In this document: in pieces, positions 11,800-25,376 of the stretch
How the letters are laid out: each line of letters begins with the position of its first letter
Position numbering within the stretch: the first letter of the stretch is position 1
Assembly: GCF_001194135.2 (NCBI RefSeq)
Contig: NC_068983.1
Location: forward strand, 132,613,607-132,651,564
Length of the DNA: 37,958 nucleotides
Reading direction: 5' to 3'
Origin: Octopus bimaculoides
Lineage: Eukaryota
The notes under the pieces: generated by a model
Seen by the model: the letters and a program-made list of their open reading frames with translations, nothing else
What the model was told of the DNA's origin: nothing
Database searches by the model: none
Made by a program: the position numbers and the translations under genes

Positions 11800-13225
11800 A
11801 AATATTTTAAACACTACTGTCATATTGTATAAGTTAAAATTTTGGGTTGTTCAGTATATTATTAAGAAGAATATTATAACAAAAGGATAAATAGGTTTCT
11901 GAATACTTTTGAGTATATACCAAATTTTACCACAATAGAGGGAGGAAAAGATATTACATAGAAATACTTTAATATTTATACATATTATATACTTAAATAC
12001 TAACTTATTGGATGGTATCTGTGAGGAGTGATCAATTGGTATTTACTGGTATTTAATAAATGATTACTGAGGTACAAGAACATGCTAAATATATATTAAT
12101 TACATCATAATCTAAGCAGTTTATTTTAAGTACTGGAGATACTAGTATTGTTTTTTTATAAGCTAAGCATGAATTTGTAGGGGTACAAAAATTAGATTTA
12201 TTTAATAAATAAAGGCTATTATAAAATAATAGAATAATAAAATTATCAGGCATGGCAGAAGACCATAGAAAAGGAATAAAATAGCTTAATCACTAAAGAC
12301 CATGATAAAGTATATATGCCTCATTAACATCAAGAGAGAAAGTTTATAGAAAATGTATAATAATAAAGTATTTTAAACTAAAAATTGTTTATTTACTTAT
12401 CTTGCTTGTATCAATAAAAACTGATAATAAAGGAATATTGATGTTATAAGACATGCTAATTATATACTAATTATAAACTACGAGGTATATTATAGGTTTT
12501 AGAAGTTATTAGTTTTACTCCGTACATGATATTATAGTTTCTTGGGATACTTAATTAGAAGGGCTACTTACATAAAGGCCCTTATAAATACTAAGATTAG
12601 GTGAGGGGAAAAGTTTAAGAAAGGGATAAATAAAGTAATAACTAAAACCATTTTAAACAATATTGCCATATTGTATAAAGTTAAAATTTGGGGTTAACAA
12701 GAAGAATATTAAGAATAATATTATAACAAAAGGATAAACCTTCTTTGAATACTTTTGAGTATATCCCAAATATTATCACAATAGGGGGAGGAAAACAAAT
12801 TTCATAGAAATAGTTTAATATTTATATATATATTATATACTTAAACATTAACTTCTTAGATGGTATCTATAGAGATAGATCAATTGGATTTTACTGGTAT
12901 TTAATAAACGAGCACTGAGGCGAAAGAACATGTTAACTATATATTAATTAAATTATAAATCTAATCAGGTTATTTTATGTAGTGTGGATAACGGGATTTT
13001 TTTAATTTAAGCTAAGATTGAATTTATAGGGGTACAAAAATTAGATTTATTAAAGGCTATTATAAAATTATAAAATGATCAGGTAGGTTATAAAATCATA
13101 TAAAATAATAAAATAGCTTAATCACTGAACCCATGAAAATGTATATATATACTTTATTAGCATCAACAGGGAAGATTTATAGAAGATGTATAATAATTTA
13201 TTATAAACTAAAAATTGTTTATTTA

Positions 13226-13230
<5 letters not shown>
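11800..13230. repeat. diverged tandem duplication, period 846 bp
   Basis: About 11800-12400 aligns with about 12650-13230, roughly 75-80% identical by eye. Shared blocks include aatattataacaaaaggataaa, ttactggtatttaataaa, aggggtacaaaaattagattta and taaactaaaaattgtttatttacttat. Confidence 0.95.
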
Positions 13231-13261
<31 letters not shown>

Positions 13262-15199
13262 ATACTAATATATACTTTTGTTATTTACACCACCTGTCCT
13301 CGTGTGTTGTTATTATTTGTATATTCTCCCATATATATATTCTAAATTATTAATATGGAAGACAGTGTAATGGAAACTTTATTTACAACAAATCTATTTA
13401 CATACNNNNNNNNNNNNNNNNNNNNNNNNNNNNNNNNNNNNNNNNNNNNNNNNNNNNNNNNNNNNNNNNNNNNNNNNNNNNNNNNNNNNNNNNNNNNNNN
13501 NNNNNNNNNNNNNNNNNNNNNNNNNNNNNNNNNNNNTATATATATACAAATACACACACACACATCAATCTTCACCTCCACCATTACCTATCACGTAAAT
13601 GGTTTTTGATGGCCTTTCAATCTTTAATGTGAGAAAACTTTCAAACCACGTCAGAAGGAAAATGTTTCATCTTAGCCGGTGATCGAACTACTTTCCCCGT
13701 TGAAATACCTCATAGTTTACACAACACTACAAGTTATTTGCCTTTTCAGAACACAGAATACGAACCAGAAATAGAGCAAACCATTATGTAATTCAGCTAT
13801 TACTTTAATCAATACAACGAAGCAGATTTTTTATGTTCAATTTTTCCGTTTTTTTTTTTCCTTTCATTCGTTTCACTATTATTTGTCTGAACTAAATATA
13901 ATTAAGATCAAATCTATTTATGTTTTAGATATTGATAATTAGTCGTTTGATACGACAGCTGAATCAGCATATCTAATGTTGTATGTCTTTCCCAACATGT
14001 TTAATATTTTAATCTGTGTCAGGAATTGATGTACTGTCTCATTTATTCATGTCGACCTAAGATTAGAAGCTACCTTTGTTTAGAGTATTTATAAATATCT
14101 ATAGATGAAATACGATGACATCCGGATAAAGTATATGCTATAAATAATACAAATAATAGTCCATAGCTTACGATCTTTGCTAATCAATACAATCTATTAA
14201 TAAAATTACAGTCTAATATAGTTTACCTTAGGAGAATGTTGTCATATATTCAAATATGTTCTTAATACGGAAACCTTAGAGAAAAAAAAACAAAAATGAA
14301 ATATGATTCGTTGCTTGAAATTAATCAAAATATAGAAGCAAAACAGAAAGAGGATATTAATATAATCAATAGAAGATATAATGAAGGTAACTTCAATACT
14401 AATGAGCTATTATTCGTTCTGTATCGTATGTATGTATATATANNNNNNNNNNNNNNNNNNNNNNNNNNNNNNNNNNNNNNNNNNNNNNNNNNNNNNNNNN
14501 NNNNNNNNNNNNNNNNNNNNNNNNNNNNNNNNNNNNNNNNNNNNNNNNNNNNNNNNNNNNNNNNNNNNNNNNNNNNNNNNNNNNNNNNNNNNNNNNATAT
14601 ATATATATATATATATACATGTATACACATACATATAAATATATGTACATATACGCAACATGCTCACAGGAAGACAGAAACCATCTCACACATTCCTTCA
14701 ATGTGGAAATATATGCCCCGAATATAAACACTCTTACCTAATTATGAAATATAAAAAAGCAATCTGGATGGATTTGGGGCAGGATAATAGTCCATGCATG
14801 ATTTCAAAAGAAGCCCATATTGCAAAATTTCTATGAATGTTCTTTTTCTCAGATATCGGATAAGAATGCAATAGTGCTACGAGTATAACTGGAAGGATGA
14901 ACATTCATCTACGTTGAAACATTTAGCAAGGAATTCGTTACACAATGATAAAGAAAATATATGATTGCCTACATTGTATTTGTTGAACTACTACACATAC
15001 AAACCCTGTAGCTACTCAACTAAACACGAGTAAAATCCAGATTCCTGAATGTTAAAACACGAAAATAGTTAGCCCGGATAAGAAATTTACTCAAAATTAG
15101 GTCCCCTACTACTTAAAACGACAAGATGACAAAGCTTTAATATCAATTCAAACCTGGCCAATTTTTTTCTTACGCAATGTTCAATGTTTTCTTGCTTAT

Positions 15200-16620
15200 T
15201 TATTTTTCAGTGATGGTCCTCTGTTTGTATTCTTGATGAAATACGATGACATCCGGCGTAGTCAGCCGCATTTTTCTCAGATTCTCCATGTATTGTCTAT
15301 GACGGGGGCTTCTCTTCTGGTAGTGAATAGCATCTCTCCTTCCTTCACGGACTTATTGATAGTGTTGTTTCCCATGGTGAATGCGTCTTTTGCATCTCTC
15401 TTGTGGTTATGGTTGCCTACCGCGAACAAGTTCTCTTGCCGCTACCTGTATCACGCTTAGGTACTTTTTGTTTTAAATGCTGCAAAGATGTGGGCCATAA
15501 TACGTTTCTTTTCATAAACCGAACATATCAAGTCCTCTCTCTTTCTTGATTGGCATACATTTGTTGGTATGAGAAGTATGCCATAGACAACTTACACCAA
15601 AAAAGAGATATGGAAATGTTAAACGTATCCACTTTTAGGAGGGCTCATTTAGTCTACATTTTCGTAGATATTAGATCCACAGTTCCAAATCTTTCATCCT
15701 CCTAGCGATGTACTTCTTTCAGGATCATTTACTTGGTACATGCCTTCTTCAATTGTGGGAAAGGAGATCTGAGACATTGCTATCATTTCTCTCCCTCTCA
15801 CTGTCATCTCTCTCTTCATCTCACTCCCGCTCTGTCTCTGTACCCAGCGTTCATTGTCTTCTTAGAACACATATATATGTTACAACATATTCATAAAGTC
15901 GATATTATTTTCATTTTCTTGTGAATATATTCACTTCATGAATATGTTTTTAAATGCAGTAACTGTGGTGATGCAATGAAAAAGGAAATCGGTAATAGCA
16001 TCAGTATACTAGCAGTTATGATAGTAAAGTAATTGTTAAAAAAATATACAGAACTACCCAATCACAGTTACCCTTTAATTTTCTTCGACTCTTTCTACTT
16101 TTCCTTGATCCCCCTGGAAATCTGTTTTGCATCAATTTTACCAAGTTTCTCATTGATCGCTTACCTTCTGCATAAACAACACAACTTCTCGGCCACACAC
16201 ATTTCCCACTGAATTTCCCATTTAAAAGTTACCCGTGCATTCACTTACCATTTGCTGTGGTTTTCTGCTCTGTAGGTTTTTTTTAACCGTGTCATCATAC
16301 ATTAATACGAGCGTATCAAAAACTATCACCTTTACCAGATTCTTTCGTATTTCTATGTTCTCGTACTAATCACTGTAATAATTTCATTTGAATATTCTAT
16401 ACTCTTCTGAGTTGTATTCTTTCCTCTTATTCTCTGCCTCTGTCTTTATTTCCCCGTCTTCTTTTCCATCTCTTCTCTACTCCACGCGTTCCTTATTCCC
16501 TATTTCTTTCATCACTGTTTTACTCACTGTGCCATAAACAATAATTCTTCCCTGTCCAACTTTCGCGCATAAATTTCACCACTATACCAAGCATCTTTCA
16601 TGCTCAAACGAATGCAAGCT
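15200..16620 (-). mobile_element. highly decayed RTE-type LINE (AP endonuclease plus linker)
   Basis: Scattered minus-strand motifs occur in the expected order: RWK (16463-16471), NSEEYRIF (16390-16413), GNF..G..VG (about 16205-16237, compare GDFNGHVG), YAEGKRSM (compare NEEGERLL), and KEGEMLF near 15330. Many stops and frameshifts. Confidence 0.4.
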
Positions 16621-16878
16621 AGTGAAATGTATATATATTTCAGGCTTCAAACGGTACCAACCAATTTATAAGGCGTTCAAATCGACGTTTTCTACTGTCC
16701 ACCCAAGCTATAGTTAGAAAACTATAGACTTATCATTTATTACCTCTACCAGCACATGTCCGACAGATTTTTCATCCAACATCATAAACATATATTTTAG
16801 CCACAATATTCATACAATCTGTTTGCATTTCAACCTAGTTTTCTTCAACAATATCAGTTCATTCTGTAAAGATGTTTA

Positions 16879-16934
<56 letters not shown>

Positions 16935-17965
16935 TTATGACTATTACATATAAATTTTGTTAATAGTATTCAAATTTTTAACATTAACTCGCTACTCTCG
17001 TTAGAAAATGTTATGATTACAATCGCACTCTTCATTATACAGGTTTTTCCTACACTTTAGTGCCAAGTTCGCAGTATGGGTAAGCCTCACTTCCACATAG
17101 TAAGGACAATTCTAAGTAGTTGACACCAGTAAAAACTACTCGTCTCTTAAGTAGAAAGCAAAGTATAACGCTGCTCTTTCTGGCATTAAACTTCATCACC
17201 TACGATTTATATATTCTTTTGAGAATTGCGATATGAAACTCACACGTCTTTATAGACATATCGATGCCTCTGTATACTATAGTACGTTGAGTATATGTGT
17301 TTGTATGGTCATGAATGCTGTACACATTTTTGATGATGCACAACAACACCAATTTCTTCAAACATTTATTATTTTTGACTTCACTCAATCAAAAGAAAAC
17401 TACTTATTCTATATTCCCCACGTTCAGCTTTAGAAGTAGCCTCCCATCATATATTAGATTCTAAATTCCCCAATATTGTTTAATTATCAAACTCTTCCAT
17501 CCACAAATCATCACTAAAGTATTCAGATTCCTCATTTACCATCATTTAACGTGATAAAAAAAGTGGCTCTTATAATATATCTCCCTGGGACGATCTGATA
17601 TGGCAAACATAGTTTCAATAGCGTACGATGATTTATCTTTTTTCAATCCGCCTCCTAAAATGTTTCTCAGCTGCTTCCTAATGTATCCTAATGTATATAT
17701 ACTCTAAATATCAATACTTCAAAGGACAATGAAAATCCTGTTATTTTAAAAAGATCTTTGCGATTACATTCCTACAATTCTTGCAAGAATTTCTTCTAAC
17801 TGTAAAAATAAACACGTGCCTACTTCCCATTCAATATCATGATTCTGTCTTTGAATATTTCCTATTATACAGATTTCCCTAGTGATATTACTTTATTTCT
17901 CAGTCGATGGCTTTACGTTTGACGAGATTCAAAGTGTAGTAATTAAGTTACACACATAAATTCAC

Positions 17966-18110
17966 ACACACACACATACATGCACACACACACACACACA
18001 TTCACACACACATACATGCACACACACACATTCACACGCACAGACAACTCACATATTCACACAGAGGCACACACACATTCACACACACGCACACGCACAC
18101 ACATTCACAA
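17966..18110. repeat. imperfect (CA)n microsatellite
   Basis: Directly visible. Confidence 0.9.
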
Positions 18111-20319
18111 ATACACATTCTTTCTCCTTTCTTTTGCGTCATCACCCAATCTTGCTTTCTATCTCTCTCACTCGCTTTCAAATTCTCTTTTCCTCTATTA
18201 CTATCATTTTCTCTGAATCTTTTAATCTGTCTCATTTATCCCGATTTCGCTTTCTATCTTACGCTTTCTCTCACTATGTCAGAATCCATCGAGTACTCTC
18301 TCATTATTTTTATTTGTTTTACGCTTCTTCTCTCCCTCTTCTTCTCCTTCCCTCGATCTCAGTGCACCACTATCTGTCTGTAATTTTAGACTTTAAATTT
18401 ATAAAACTACATTACGGTCAGAGCACATTTGATGCATAAAATCTTGTACGCAAATGAATTCACTAATTTGCTGCATGTAGCGTGAAATAATTATGGTCAT
18501 GTATTTCGTCACAAATCTACACTATTACACAAAACGGTACTTGCAATTTTTAATGTAAGTTATAATACATTAGTCCATTGACGTTAAATAGTATACAAAA
18601 GCATTTGAAATCATTACCCTGACTCCTGATCACACGATATAGCCATAGCTGAATTTCTTTTGATCATTCATTCACATAGCAGACCTGACTTGAAGCTAAG
18701 CTAGAAAGTAATACTTTGAAATTCTTTATTTTGATTTTGATTTTGATATATATATATATATATATATATATANNNNNNNNNNNNNNNNNNNNNNNNNNNN
18801 NNNNNNNNNNNNNNNNNNNNNNNNNNNNNNNNNNNNNNNNNNNNNNNNNNNNNNNNNNNNNNNNNNNNNNNNNNNNNNNNNNNNNNNNNNNNNNNNNNNN
18901 NNNNNNNNNNNNNNNNNNNNNNNNNNNNNNNNNNNNNNNNNNNNNNNNNNNNNNNNNNNNNNNNNNNNNNNNNNNNNNNNNNNNNNNNNNNNNNNNNNNN
19001 NNNNNNNNNNNNNNNNNNNNNNNNNNNNNNNNNNNNNNNNNNNNNNNNNNNNNNNNNNNNNNNNNNNNNNNNNNNNNNNNNNNNNNNNNNNNNNNNNNNN
19101 NNNNNNNNNNNNNNNNNNNNNNNNNNNNNNNNNNNNNNNNNNNNNNNNNNNNNNNNNNNNNNNNNNNNNNNNNNNNNNNNNNNNNNNNNNNNNNNNNNNN
19201 NNNNNNNNNNNNNNNNNNNNNNNNNNNNNNNNNNNNNNNNNNNNNNNNNNNNNNNNNNNNNNNNNNNNNNNNNNNNNNNNNNNNNNNNNNNNNNNNNNNN
19301 NNNNNNNNNNNNNNNNNNNNNNNNNNNNNNNNNNNNNNNNNNNNNNNNNNNNNNNNNNNNNNNNNNNNNNNNNNNNNNNNNNNNNNNNNNNNNNNNNNNN
19401 NNNNNNNNNNNNNNNNNNNNNNNNNNNNNNNNNNNNATATATATATATATATATATACATACGGTGGTTGTCTACTCCTTATGCAGCGTTTGACCACCTC
19501 CTGTACTTACACCTTAGAACCATCATGGCATCTGATGTGGCTTTTTAAACAAGATAATGTTTAGAAAAACCACCCACATAGATTGCATATCCGATTTGGA
19601 CTACCAAGATCTGGAGATAAGTTCTGATCTTTGTGGATCTGAAAATATCTGCTGAGGCCTCCGTTAGGTGTGTACAGACATATATATAGGCAGAATAGTT
19701 GGTGGAGATTAAACATATATAACGAAAACATTCGGAGCTTATGAAAATCAAAACGTAAAAATTGTTGGCAAGAAAATATTGGATTGGTGTATTTACATTC
19801 AGTGTTAGCAGTATAGGGAATAATAGAGGGATAACATTAAAACTGAAATGAAAATGACCATTAAATGGAAAGACTATTTTTCAATTAGCAATTGATAAAA
19901 CTGTAACTGCTGCAGTGAGCTCACTCGAGATGTATTCCTTTCGTTGTTGGAGAATGTCTTTCTGAACCAATGTTCCTCTTATTTCTTTACATTCATTTAT
20001 ATAAGGTCCTATGGCCATTTCTCAATGACCAATCATTAAAATGAACCAGTAGAAAACTTTTCAGGAACATCCTCCTGCCTTAGAGACTTCGAAGGAGAGC
20101 AATCAATTTACATTTAGATGTCTATAGAAATATTATTCTGCCAGAGAATAAATGATAACCACAATCAGTTTTAAAGCAACACCTAAAAGTAGTAATTACA
20201 AATTCTATTTCTTATCATCGAAGGACATTCAGACACGCATTTCAAGAACATAAAATAGTATCTGGTTCTACAATAGACACAACTATAACAACGGTGCCTA
20301 TGATGTTAACAACAATGAT

Positions 20320-20375
20320 AATAAAACTACAACTATTAATTCTACTACTTCTACTACTACTACTACTACTACTAC

Positions 20376-20420
<45 letters not shown>

Positions 20421-20480
20421 AAGTAATAATAACAAAAACAATAACAACAATAATGATAATGATAATAATAATAATATGCG
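20320..20480. repeat. compound (TAC)n/(TAA)n microsatellite
   Basis: Directly visible. Confidence 0.95.
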
Positions 20481-20555
20481 ACTTATTTGCCACAAGGTTA
20501 TCGTATGAAGCGGACACAATAAAAAAACTTAATGTGTTTAAAGTAAATAATGTGT

Positions 20556-20747
20556 TCTTTTCTGCTCTAGGCACAAGGTCCGAAATTTTTTTGGTGGGGA
20601 CACGGTCGATTAGATCGACTCTAGTACGCAACTGGTACTTAATTTATTGACCCCGAAATGATGAAAGTTAAAGTCGACCTCGGCGAATTTGAACTCAGAA
20701 CGTAAAAGAGAGGCGAAATACCACTAATTATTTTCTGCCAGCTCGCC
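20556..20747 (-). mobile_element. tRNA-derived SINE, family A
   Basis: Reverse complement of family A: ggtcgattagatcgac..actggtacttaatttattgaccccgaaa..aaagtcgacctcggcgaatttgaactcagaacg..ctgccagctcgcc. Confidence 0.88.
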
Positions 20748-21403
20748 ACATAATAGTGAAATATAATACCCTGCAAATGAAGATTATCGTAGTTTTCCAT
20801 ATCCAAAGATAATCTGCATTAAAAATTGAACCTGTAGGAATGATTCTGATTGAAAAGATCTATTCTTAATACTTTCCTTTCTACGAGTACTCTCATTCAG
20901 TTGAGTCACGGACTAATTTCATAGTGTATGGCAGCTATTTCTATTAAATCAGTCGACCGTCTTGAAACTCACTTTTTCTGCATTGCATTGAAATAAGAAG
21001 TACTTATTACAGAAAGTGCGTAATAATATTATTATGGAGCAGTGGGGGCTGTAAATATGTGCTTCTGTGACAATATTGCGTATATAACCAGATTAAAGCG
21101 AAAAGGAAGTATATATGCATATGTGTGTGTGTGTATATATATTTATATTTATATATGTATGTATATATAAATATATATATANNNNNNNNNNNNNNNNNNN
21201 NNNNNNNNNNNNNNNNNNNNNNNNNNNNNNNNNNNNNNNNNNNNNNNNNNNNNNNNNNNNNNNNNNNNNNNNNNNNNNNNNNNNNNNNNNNNNNNNNNNN
21301 NNNNNNNNNNNNNNNNNNNNNTATATATATTTATATATATATATGTGTGTATGTGTGTGTATATATATGTGTGTGTATGTGTGTGTACATACATGTGTGC
21401 ATA

Positions 21404-21435
<32 letters not shown>

Positions 21436-21989
21436 TGTGTGTGTGTGCGTGTGTGTGTTTATGCAAAATCATTATTGCGATCCCAACAAAGAAACAGAAG
21501 CTATATTTTAGATATTCTGAAGTCTCTCTTCAAAGGTTGAATAATGAATAGTTAAACAGAGCTTATAAAAATACAGGTTCTTTTATAACTAGGAAGTAGT
21601 GTCAATAAATACCATAGAGATTGGGAATTCCCAATTACAGCATAATCAGGGCGCTTGAAAATTATAGGATTGAAGTGCCTGTGTTACGGAGCGTGAAGTA
21701 AAGTTTATATGTCAAACAAAAAAGATCAATGGATATTATACGGAAAAAAACAGAATAATTAAAAGTAAAATACAATACATACATATGAAAGAGCGTTTAC
21801 AAACAGGAAAGAAACAGGCGTTTATAGGCAGTTTGTCTAGCAGGAGAGAACAGAACAGGACTATTGTGTGGAAAATCGGAAATAAGTAGAGAATCATAGT
21901 GATGATTTATAACCCAAAATCTTCAATGATATATACATATGTCTCCCCCTCTCGTTCTGTTTCCTTCTGCTGTCCTTGCTTCTCCCCCT

Positions 21990-22540
21990 CACTGCTATAC
22001 ATCTCTCTCTCTCTCTCTCTTACTCTCCCTCCCTGTCTCTCGTCGCTCACCTATGTTCAACTTCCTCCCTTTTCCTCTCTCTACCACTCCTCGTTGATCA
22101 CACGTGACCTGTGGTTACCTCTTCCTTTCTCCCTTCGGCCAGCATAAAGGCAAGACTAACTACTATCTCTCTCCGCTCAAGTTCGTCACATCACAGCGTT
22201 CAGTATTCTCCTCTCGTTCGGCTTAATGGCCCTTAACGTTGTTTCCACTGTTTAAGTTTTCCTGTCTTTGGTTTTTGTCTGCTACTTTGGAATGCTAGCA
22301 TCCGCTTAGCAGTTTAATCCACTCCGCGGGAAGAGCTATTCTAAGAACTCATTCTTCCTCATCTTCGAAACACCTAGTTTAGAATAAAGGCAGCTGATGA
22401 AGGAAAAGTTCTATAAGTAGATTGTTTGTTTTCCTATGTGTTCATTCTGTTGTCCGTAAAAAAGTCGTTTTTTTGTGCTTTGTTTATGTTCCCGTTCCTT
22501 TTTTGTCAACGTTTTTTGACGTCGTGTACTTGGATATGCA
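21990..22540. repeat. dispersed pyrimidine-rich repeat related to 9000-9242
   Basis: Shares tactatctctct, cacgtg and CT-rich blocks with 9020-9240, and contains ctgatgaagg. Family not identified. Confidence 0.35.
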
Positions 22541-22993
22541 TCTATATATACATGTAGATGTAAGTATGTACATATATGTATGTATACATGCATATGCTCA
22601 TATATCATTTGTATTATNNNNNNNNNNNNNNNNNNNNNNNNNNNNNNNNNNNNNNNNNNNNNNNNNNNNNNNNNNNNNNNNNNNNNNNNNNNNNNNNNNN
22701 NNNNNNNNNNNNNNNNNNNNNNNNNNNNNNNNNNNNNNNNNNNNNNNNNNNNNNNNNNNNNNNNNNNNNNNNNNNNNNNNNNNNNNNNNNNNNNNNNNNN
22801 NNNNNNNNNNNNNNNNNNNNNNNNNNNNNNNNNNNNNNNNNNNNNNNNNNNNNNNATATATATAAACTGATACAGACATAGGGTAAAAATTAATAATTAA
22901 TCGATAATTAGTAATTCTACCAAGTAGTTCGGTGTGTTAAAAACCATTATCGGTAAATATTTAAACACGATTTAAAATTTAGGGTTCAGCAAG

Positions 22994-23290
22994 TATTGCT
23001 TCACCACACACCGAAAATTAGAAATAGCAGCCAAAACTATTCTTTCTCTACTAAAATACGACTCCCAAAAACAGTAATACTCGCAAACTATAGTGGCAAG
23101 AAAGGGAAATATAACGAATCTACTCGACCTTGATTAATTTTGGACGCGCGTTTCTAGATCGATGATGTGTAAAAATATATTTACCCAAACAATCAGGTAG
23201 ATTCGTTATTTTTTCCTTTTTTTGCCTTTGTAGTTTGCGAGTATTACTGCTTTGGGGAGTCGTATTTTAGCAGTGTGTGGTGAAGCAATA
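22994..23290. mobile_element. MITE-like foldback element
   Basis: Left arm 22994-23123 is the reverse complement of right arm 23197-23290 (tattgcttcaccacacac; ctaaaatacgactccc; cagtaatactcgcaaacta; ataacgaatctac). The right arm lacks about 37 bp. Confidence 0.8.
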
Positions 23291-23295
23291 TATAT

Positions 23296-23518
23296 TACTC
23301 TTTTACTCTTTTACTTGTTTCAGTCATTTGACTGTGGCCATGCTGGAGCACCATCTTTAGTCGAGCAAATCGACCCCATGACTTATTCTTTGTAAGCCTG
23401 GTACTTATTCTATCGATCTCTTTTCCCGAACCGCTAAGTTACGGGGACGTAAACACACCAGCATCGGTTGTCAAGCGATGTTGGAGGGACAAACACAGAC
23501 ACATAAACACACACACAC

Positions 23519-23549
<31 letters not shown>

Positions 23550-23556
23550 CATATAC
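23296..23556 (-). mobile_element. 3' half of CORE-type SINE, family B, running into a gap
   Basis: Near-identical reverse complement of about 26040-26243 (ttgtttcagtcatttgact; ggggacgtaaacacaccagcatcggttgtcaagcgatgttgg). Confidence 0.92.
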
Positions 23557-23800
23557 NNNNNNNNNNNNNNNNNNNNNNNNNNNNNNNNNNNNNNNNNNNN
23601 NNNNNNNNNNNNNNNNNNNNNNNNNNNNNNNNNNNNNNNNNNNNNNNNNNNNNNNNNNNNNNNNNNNNNNNNNNNNNNNNNNNNNNNNNNNNNNNNNNNN
23701 NNNNNNNNNNNNNNNNNNNNNNNNNNNNNNNNNNNNNNNNNNNNNNNNNNNNNNNNNNNNNNNNNNNNNNNNNNNNNNNNNNNNNNNNNNNNNNNNNNNN

Positions 23801-23834
<34 letters not shown>

Positions 23835-25037
23835 TCAGGAAGACAGAGGCAGGAAAGGGCAAAAAGAGCCTTGTATTGGATGTTTTATCAAGGCATGTGC
23901 ATTTCACTATACAAATATGATACTGTACAAAACCGAGTGGCAGAGTACGGCTTTTCATCGTTAATTGTTACTAATATAAACATTAGTGGATTAGACTATG
24001 TATTTATGTATAGTGAATACATGTAAACAAATAAGTGTACAGAGAACAAAACTTGTGGTTGCTAATCCACACAAGGATGAGTACCTTCCAATGAGATTTC
24101 ATCAGGGCACCCTGATTTATCGCATACAATATGCCCGTGATCAGGCCAGGAGTCTCCGCATGTAAGAATCACCATATTGGCTCTTAGTAATAATCTATCA
24201 ATTGCTTGCTCCACTTTTGACATCTAATCTTACATTATGTTTTGCTTCCTTATTCCTGATGTTCTGTGAATTCGTTCCTCAGTTCTTTGTTTCCTACCTG
24301 AAGAACTGTTACCTATATGCTGTTCCAAATGGAAATGTGCTCTCCATCGCATGAGTTGCGTTTAGGTTCCATTTAATTTCAATAGATTATATTATGCAGC
24401 TGTTTATCTATTCATGTTACTTTTCTCCCACTGTCCCACAGAAAGAGGAAAGCTTACTTATTGTCCCTCTTCTCATCCTCACAAGGTTACATTTTTTTGT
24501 CGAAGCAAAGGAAGAGGCTGGTCTCGGTTCCTGACATTTCTGACGCTACTCTTGCAGCTCTAACCTGTAGTATTACTGGCAGTGTACTGAAAAAATAAAC
24601 ATATGCTAGAGTACTTCATTGCTAAACTTGTTTTTCTCCACAGTATCAGAATGATATCAAGTATATTTTACTGGCTCATGTGTAAGAGATGCGCGTTCGA
24701 ATCAACATCACTCGTAATATTGCGTTTTGTCCCTGCCCTCACAAGTAAGTATGGTTCCAAAAATTTTCAGTTTCAGGGAGGGTTATCAAAACTTTCGTAC
24801 CTCACCTACTATGTATCTTGTAGCAACGCTCGTTTTGTGTCATCCCCATGTTTCATGATATAAGTATTATCGCAGCTATATAAGGCAGCAGCACTGCCTA
24901 GCATACATCGTTTCCTCGAGGACAAACTGAAAACGTTTTTGTTGAGAGATGTGTAACATTTATCATTAATTAAGCAAGGAGGCAAAACTTTTCTTTGTTA
25001 GGAACCCGATATATACTTAATATTTATCTATAGATGA

Positions 25038-25248
25038 GGCGGCGAGCTGGAAGAACGTTACCGTTGTAGTCAAAATATTTCGCGGTATTGCTTACGTCTT
25101 CACGTTCTGAGTTCAAATCCGCCAAGGTAGAATTTGGATTTCATACCTTAAGGGTAGATAAAATAAGCAACAGTTGACCACTGGGGGTCGATGTAACCGA
25201 CTTACCCTATCCGCCGAACTTATTGGCCTCGTGCCAAAATTTGAAATC
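25038..25248 (+). mobile_element. full-length tRNA-derived SINE, family A, with probable target-site duplication
   Basis: ggcggcgagctgg..gagttcaaatcc..gtgccaaaatttgaaatc. Flanks aatatttatctatagatga (25019-25037) and aatattcatctgtaggtga (25249-25267) match at 16 of 19 positions. Confidence 0.9.
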
Positions 25249-25376
25249 AATATTCATCTGTAGGTGATAACACTAGCAAGATCCTATTTCCTACAAGTTA
25301 TTTTCTTTGGTCACAGCTAGCTTGTATAGGGTTGTAGTACGGAAGTCTACATTTACCCCCTCGAGAGAGGGGTTAA

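Noticed and set aside
11800-13230. Nuclear mitochondrial insertion, or GPCR/nAChR pseudogene, as the source of the duplication
   Set aside because: I found no recognisable mitochondrial protein or rRNA motif in any frame. The TM5-like LFYGLLPCLIILLFYYFII is expected from a T-rich strand, and helix spacing does not fit a 7TM protein.
15233-15460. 75-aa hydrophobic ORF after a strong acceptor-like site
   Set aside because: Better explained as the antisense of the decayed RTE-like element.
17400-17830. Acidic patch (EESEYFSDDLWMEEFD) and LEEILARI suggesting a DNA transposase N-terminus
   Set aside because: No catalytic motifs or terminal inverted repeats found, and the frames are riddled with stops.
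22355-22410. gaaac...ctgatga as a type II hammerhead
   Set aside because: Stem I cannot form and stem II is at most 2-3 bp.
24645-24745. Candidate plus-strand exon (tttttctccacag ... caa/gtaagt)
   Set aside because: The only open frame, IRMISSIFYWLMCKRCAFESTSLVILRFVPALT, resembles nothing I recognise, and I found no compatible partner exon.
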